Virus record (IMG/VR): IMGVR_UViG_3300033153_008400
Location: 58,744 to 122,743 of that record
From: a virus
Reading direction: 5' to 3' (one strand)
Length of the DNA stretch: 64,000 nucleotides
The position numbers and the translations under genes were made by a program. Below are positions 59,600-64,000 of the stretch, piece by piece. How positions within the stretch are numbered: the first letter of the stretch is position 1; each line of letters starts with the position of its first letter. Under the pieces are notes generated by a model that was not told the DNA's origin, searched no databases, and saw only the letters and a list, made by a program, of their open reading frames with translations.

Positions 59600-62108
59600 G
59601 GTTTTGTTTTTTGTGAATTGTTTCTAATAATAAATTTAATAATGGTGTACAATCTGCTGAATAATGTGAAATGCTACTAATAATAGGAGCAATAACGGAA
59701 AGTCTCTCTAATTCCTCTTCAACAGAATCTATGTAATCTTTGTCATAAGCGTAAATGTTATGAATCTTCTCAGTATCGAATACCTCCAGTGCCTTGGCCG
59801 CAATTGCGTCCTTGTCCTTTGATCCTACTACTGTCTGGAACTCAGCTAAGTTATCCAAATAGGACAAAATCTCTGTTAATAATGCGTTATCTCCACTTGT
59901 AGATTGTAACATAACGTCTTTTATACTTCTTGCATTATCGTATCGAAATGTGTCGTACTTTTCTTTGTCAATAGATGACAAGGTACAAATAATTTCTGAA
60001 CAATTTGCAAAGTCTAAGTACTTATCTTTCAATTTTTTAAACTGCCAGGCAGTATTTAAATCGACTAATTTTTCACCTATCATAAGCTCTCCTGTTTTTG
60101 AGTCTAATTTTCTAAAATAATTCGTTATATGTATACCTCCCATCTTCATAAAATGCTGAGAATTTTCTTCTGATACAAATACTGCCTCAAAATTGGTAGT
60201 ATTTGGAAAAAGATGATTAATCATTACCATCATTTTACCTAATTTGGTAAACTTAGATGGAACAACCACAAGATCTGTGTGTCTAAAGGTCTCTTCTAAT
60301 TTGCTGATCTTATCAACTACACTTTCTCTCTTAAATTCAATATTTTCATAATAATAATGATCAAAATCATAAGTATACCAAAATACTTCCTTATTCATCT
60401 TCCTCATCTTAGCCTGATTGACCTTATTATCTTCTAAAAGGGCATCATCTACACCCTCTACCTCAGGTTCAATATATGTCCATTCATAATCATCTATGAA
60501 GAGATCATTATACTTTGTGATAAGGTTCAGAGCATACTTTTTAACTAAATCAACTGAATACTCTTTACCTAATTTATGTAAGGCTATAGTAGACTTTATT
60601 CTAGTAATATTCTCTCTAATGTATATAAAAGAGGATACGTTAAATTCATCTAACAGGTGAGAAGCCAATTTAGGACCTAAATTCCCTTCATTAGCATATA
60701 TCAATTTCATATTAGATAATTGATGAAAGGAATTAACTCTTTCTGTCTTTAATTTTAAGCGTGTACCATCCATTATGGTATACACTGTCTTAAAATCAAA
60801 ACTATAAAACAAAAATTCAAATAAGTTTTCTCCTAACACTGCCTGAAGAGGCATAGAATCTTCTTTTAGTATAAATTTGTATTTTGGTCGAATAGCATGC
60901 ATAGCCAGAAAGGAAGAAAACGTGTTGGTCACAGTATATGAACCTCCTCGGGATGATGAATTGTTATAGGCATTATTTAATGCGAATACATTATCCTCAT
61001 TTTCAATCTTAATATTTTGACGTACATACTCTCCTGCTTCGTCTTCAGCAATGCGAATAGACTTTAAAATAGTAGACTTAGTTTTATCTGTCCACTTTAA
61101 AGACTCTCTACTCTGAGTAATATCTACATCATTTGCATTAACCTTTAAAGCAATTTTCCCGCGACGGGTCTCTAATTCGAGCTCACTCCAGTTAACTAAT
61201 CCATAAGATATCCCATCAACTAAAATGTGAGGGGAACTGTAAGTAGAATATTTTGGTATGAGCAGATGTTCACTCTCATACTCTGGTCTTTCATTCAGGT
61301 GATCATAACTATCAGCTTCATCAAGATTTTTAACGTGGAGGTTTACTGCACCATTGAAATATTGAAACTGATTCTTAACAGCTTTGATATATGTATTCTT
61401 ATTATGCTTTTTAACTTCTACAGTAACACTACAAGAATTCTCTTCATTGGATTTTTCCCAATAAATATTCTTATCTATTACATCATTGTTTGCCATAGTG
61501 ACCTTCCACACATCTACTCTGCCCTCAGGGTCAAAAGTTGTTATGTTTTCATAGTCTCTATTATAAATCATAAAAGATGTTTTGTATCCATTATAAACAG
61601 TTGTCATAATGAAATAGTCTACACCAGTTGCTAACGCTGACTTACTACCTAATCCATATAATCCTCTAGTAGTAATAAAATTTCTTTTACTACTCCATCC
61701 AATTTTAAAGTAACCTCGAAGACGACTGCCTCCTAAACCAACTCCACGGTCAATTATGGTAACTTTATCTCTGGGTGTACCTTCTTCATACACTACAGAT
61801 ACTTTATCATTTTCTGATAATTTATCTATATTATAGTAATCTGGGTCATATTCTGAATCTTTTAGTAAGGCGTTATCCTGTCTTTGTAGGAAATATTTTT
61901 CTACAGGATCCCCTCCATATATTTTCCTAAATACATTCTTCTCTATAATTGAGTCCAGGCCATTAGAAATGGTCTCTCTTATGAAACTCTTCATAGGAGA
62001 AGAATAGATATCTGATTGTAGGGCATTAAATATCAGTTCTAATGAACCTTCTTCAATTTCTTTTTTAATCCCTATAACCTCATCTTTTTTTAACACTAAT
62101 TCTGCCAT
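59592..62108 (-). CDS. rIIA: rIIA-like protein (N-terminal GHKL domain)
   Basis: L...IYS.P...IRE..SN..D, D.G.GL, G.YGLG.K, V...Y.L, DI..SRESL. Confidence 0.8.
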   Translation of the reverse strand: MAELVLKKDEVIGIKKEIEEGSLELIFNALQSDIYSSPMKSFIRETISNGLDSIIEKNVFRKIYGGDPVEKYFLQRQDNALLKDSEYDPDYYNIDKLSENDKVSVVYEEGTPRDKVTIIDRGVGLGGSRLRGYFKIGWSSKRNFITTRGLYGLGSKSALATGVDYFIMTTVYNGYKTSFMIYNRDYENITTFDPEGRVDVWKVTMANNDVIDKNIYWEKSNEENSCSVTVEVKKHNKNTYIKAVKNQFQYFNGAVNLHVKNLDEADSYDHLNERPEYESEHLLIPKYSTYSSPHILVDGISYGLVNWSELELETRRGKIALKVNANDVDITQSRESLKWTDKTKSTILKSIRIAEDEAGEYVRQNIKIENEDNVFALNNAYNNSSSRGGSYTVTNTFSSFLAMHAIRPKYKFILKEDSMPLQAVLGENLFEFLFYSFDFKTVYTIMDGTRLKLKTERVNSFHQLSNMKLIYANEGNLGPKLASHLLDEFNVSSFIYIRENITRIKSTIALHKLGKEYSVDLVKKYALNLITKYNDLFIDDYEWTYIEPEVEGVDDALLEDNKVNQAKMRKMNKEVFWYTYDFDHYYYENIEFKRESVVDKISKLEETFRHTDLVVVPSKFTKLGKMMVMINHLFPNTTNFEAVFVSEENSQHFMKMGGIHITNYFRKLDSKTGELMIGEKLVDLNTAWQFKKLKDKYLDFANCSEIICTLSSIDKEKYDTFRYDNARSIKDVMLQSTSGDNALLTEILSYLDNLAEFQTVVGSKDKDAIAAKALEVFDTEKIHNIYAYDKDYIDSVEEELERLSVIAPIISSISHYSADCTPLLNLLLETIHKKQNHD

Positions 62109-62127
62109 ATAAATTTTTAAGGTTTTT

Positions 62128-62161
62128 AATAAAAGCCATACTACATTGTATAGTATGGCTT
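62128..62161 (-). terminator. Intrinsic terminator
   Basis: Minus strand reads AAGCCATACTA-tacaatg-TAGTATGGCTT followed by TTATT. Confidence 0.8.
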
Positions 62162-62170
62162 AAAGTTTGG

Positions 62171-62944
62171 TTATGCTTCAACTTCTTTAGATGATTTTTT
62201 CTTATCATCTACAGCAGTTCCATCATTAATAGTAGTAGCTTCTTTTTCTGCATCATCAATAGCATCTTCTAAATTGGTTTGTTCTCCATGAGGCTTAGGA
62301 GCTTCAAATACTGTTAAAGGAAAGACACTAACATCTTTTCTTGTGAGAAAGGTTAATTCACCCTTATCAGCTCCTCGGGAGACAGTTTTTGGTATAGAAA
62401 ATACTCCTCTAGGCGCTTCAATCTGATATTCGGTATTCATAACTAAATCTACGAAATCAGCTTCTTCAAAGTCGATACCATATATCTCTTCTAATTTTGG
62501 TACTAAGAAGTTCTTACCAAAGGAACTGACAGTGTTAGTGTCAATGCTTCGAGTAGGTTCTCCATCAGCATCATAAGAAGTTGAGCCATATATATCAATC
62601 TTAGGGTTTCCTGCTCTTCCAACAATAGCGATAAACAGCATAGGAGTTGGAGTTGCAATCATTTGCCAGTTTTCACTACTGAAGATATCAATACCATTTC
62701 CTGAAGGAACTAATTTGACTTTGTCTTTTGCAGTATCTTTCCCAGGAATAGTGATCTCTTCTTTAGGACCATAATTTAAGGCATACTTACCTGCAATCAC
62801 AGGATCAGTAAAGATTCTGCCATTTTTGTAAACTCTGAAATGTGCTCCTCCGACGGGAAACTTTTCAAGTTTAACTCTTTCAGCTCTCATTTTAGGAGCT
62901 ACTTCTTTTACTTCGACGTTTTTTAAAAAACTTAAATCCATCAT
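62171..62944 (-). CDS. Hypothetical protein with a charged disordered C-terminus
   Basis: Long ORF with its own terminator. Confidence 0.65.
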   Translation of the reverse strand: MMDLSFLKNVEVKEVAPKMRAERVKLEKFPVGGAHFRVYKNGRIFTDPVIAGKYALNYGPKEEITIPGKDTAKDKVKLVPSGNGIDIFSSENWQMIATPTPMLFIAIVGRAGNPKIDIYGSTSYDADGEPTRSIDTNTVSSFGKNFLVPKLEEIYGIDFEEADFVDLVMNTEYQIEAPRGVFSIPKTVSRGADKGELTFLTRKDVSVFPLTVFEAPKPHGEQTNLEDAIDDAEKEATTINDGTAVDDKKKSSKEVEA

Positions 62945-63005
62945 AATTTGTACTTGGTTTTTGTGTGCACTATATGTGCGTGATTAAATATTTAATTTTC
63001 TGATT

Positions 63006-63296
63006 TTAAACTTCTAAATAAGTACGTATAGACTTTCTAGTCATGAATGTTCTCCTTAACCATGAAAGTTTTACAAATCTTTTTGAGCAAAGTTGTGCAA
63101 CAGCTTCAAGATTTAATCTTATTCTTTTACCTTGTCTTACATCTTCTCTAAGGGAATGTGCAATGCTAGTATGAGTTTTAACTTCTTTGTTAAGATCAGC
63201 ATTTTGATTTTTAAGACTTCTTATAGCCTTATTTAATTTTTTGACTTCTCCTGAAAGAGTAACATTTTTTTCTAATAATTGTGCTTTGGTTGGCAT
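63006..63296 (-). CDS. Coiled-coil hypothetical protein
   Basis: Heptad pattern. Confidence 0.5.
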   Translation of the reverse strand: MPTKAQLLEKNVTLSGEVKKLNKAIRSLKNQNADLNKEVKTHTSIAHSLREDVRQGKRIRLNLEAVAQLCSKRFVKLSWLRRTFMTRKSIRTYLEV

Positions 63297-63327
63297 AACT
63301 TTTAATTTTAATTAATGAATTTATTTA

Positions 63328-63669
63328 TTATTCTTGATGTCCTATATCTAAATGAGTACATCCTATAACATTACCTTTATCGTCTCTTACTGCACCTTTT
63401 GGTGTCAAAAAGTCTTTTCTCTTAGGCATTGCATTTTTTACTAATTGTGATACAATATAGAAAATACCTTCGACATAGTCTGGGACGTCCACTGTTTTGC
63501 TCCATCTTGTAGAACATACTGGTATTCCATCTATATTGTCAATATTTTTTACATTTTCCTTTACCCTAATCATACCGTTACTCTTAGGGAATACCCTCAA
63601 TACAGTTAAATCCTTATTCAAGATATAAACTGCATGAGGTGTTTTGTTAATTATTTTTTGAACTTTCAT
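63328..63669 (-). CDS. Conserved phage protein of unknown function
   Basis: N.TPH....IVS..V....R.D...P...VRD..G..IGC..L pattern. Confidence 0.6.
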   Translation of the reverse strand: MKVQKIINKTPHAVYILNKDLTVLRVFPKSNGMIRVKENVKNIDNIDGIPVCSTRWSKTVDVPDYVEGIFYIVSQLVKNAMPKRKDFLTPKGAVRDDKGNVIGCTHLDIGHQE

Positions 63670-63691
63670 ATTCTATTTCATGATTATTATT

Positions 63692-63997
63692 TTAATTAAA
63701 ATCTTCTTCATTTAAAGACCACCCTTGATGTTGTATTAAAAGTTCTCCTTCAAAACTATGTGGTGGTTGTATTTTACCTTCTTTTACCATAATTTTAAGT
63801 AATTCAATTACTTGTTCAACTTGAAATTCACCATTAGGTGTTCTATCAGCGTATACATTACAATAAAACATATCGCCATCTACATAATTATCCTGTAAAT
63901 CAAAATGTGCAGGTCCCTTTATTCGTTTAGAAGTTAATTCTTCTATTTTTTTGATCTGACTATATACATAATCAGCATCTTTTTCAGTTTGGAGCAT
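63692..63997 (-). CDS. Hypothetical protein, possibly truncated by the window edge
   Basis: ORF reaches the end of the window. Confidence 0.45.
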   Translation of the reverse strand: MLQTEKDADYVYSQIKKIEELTSKRIKGPAHFDLQDNYVDGDMFYCNVYADRTPNGEFQVEQVIELLKIMVKEGKIQPPHSFEGELLIQHQGWSLNEEDFN

Positions 63998-64000
63998 TAT

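Noticed and set aside
1-64000. Stop-codon reassignment, known in some crAss-like clades
   Set aside because: The standard code gives intact, densely packed genes including a 19-kb ORF; TAG and TGA both act as real stops; no suppressor tRNA was noticed.
1-64000. Prophage or bacterial chromosome interpretation (recA, polA, glycosyltransferases)
   Set aside because: No integrase or housekeeping context; the vRNAP, rIIAB and two-arm layout indicate a phage genome throughout.

Overview
A 64-kb segment of an AT-rich lytic Crassvirales-like (crAss-like) phage genome. The host is probably a Bacteroidetes/Flavobacteriia species, judged from TAnnTTTG -7 boxes, the lack of obvious Shine-Dalgarno sites and a Gln-start signal peptide. 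Two arms converge at a terminator near 33.08 kb. The plus arm (1-33 kb) carries virion cargo genes, including a 6405-aa polyprotein with a virion RNA polymerase (DYDID), zincin, DUF4326-like and PD-(D/E)xK domains. It continues with tail/fibre genes, a lysis cassette, and a small unit pairing an HPAT/SGT1-like peptidyl O-glycosyltransferase with a mucin-like (T7AAP)n protein. The minus arm (33-64 kb) carries a six-gene glycan tailoring cluster, RecA, exonuclease, degenerate UDG, primase, SSB-like protein, helicases, PolA, a C5 methyltransferase, ligase, a Tad2-like protein, rIIA/rIIB and two free-standing homing endonucleases. The strongest candidate for a new system is a phage-encoded mucin-type protein O-glycosylation pathway. 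Two candidate non-coding RNAs were also found. All family assignments come from reading motifs by eye; no database searches were run.
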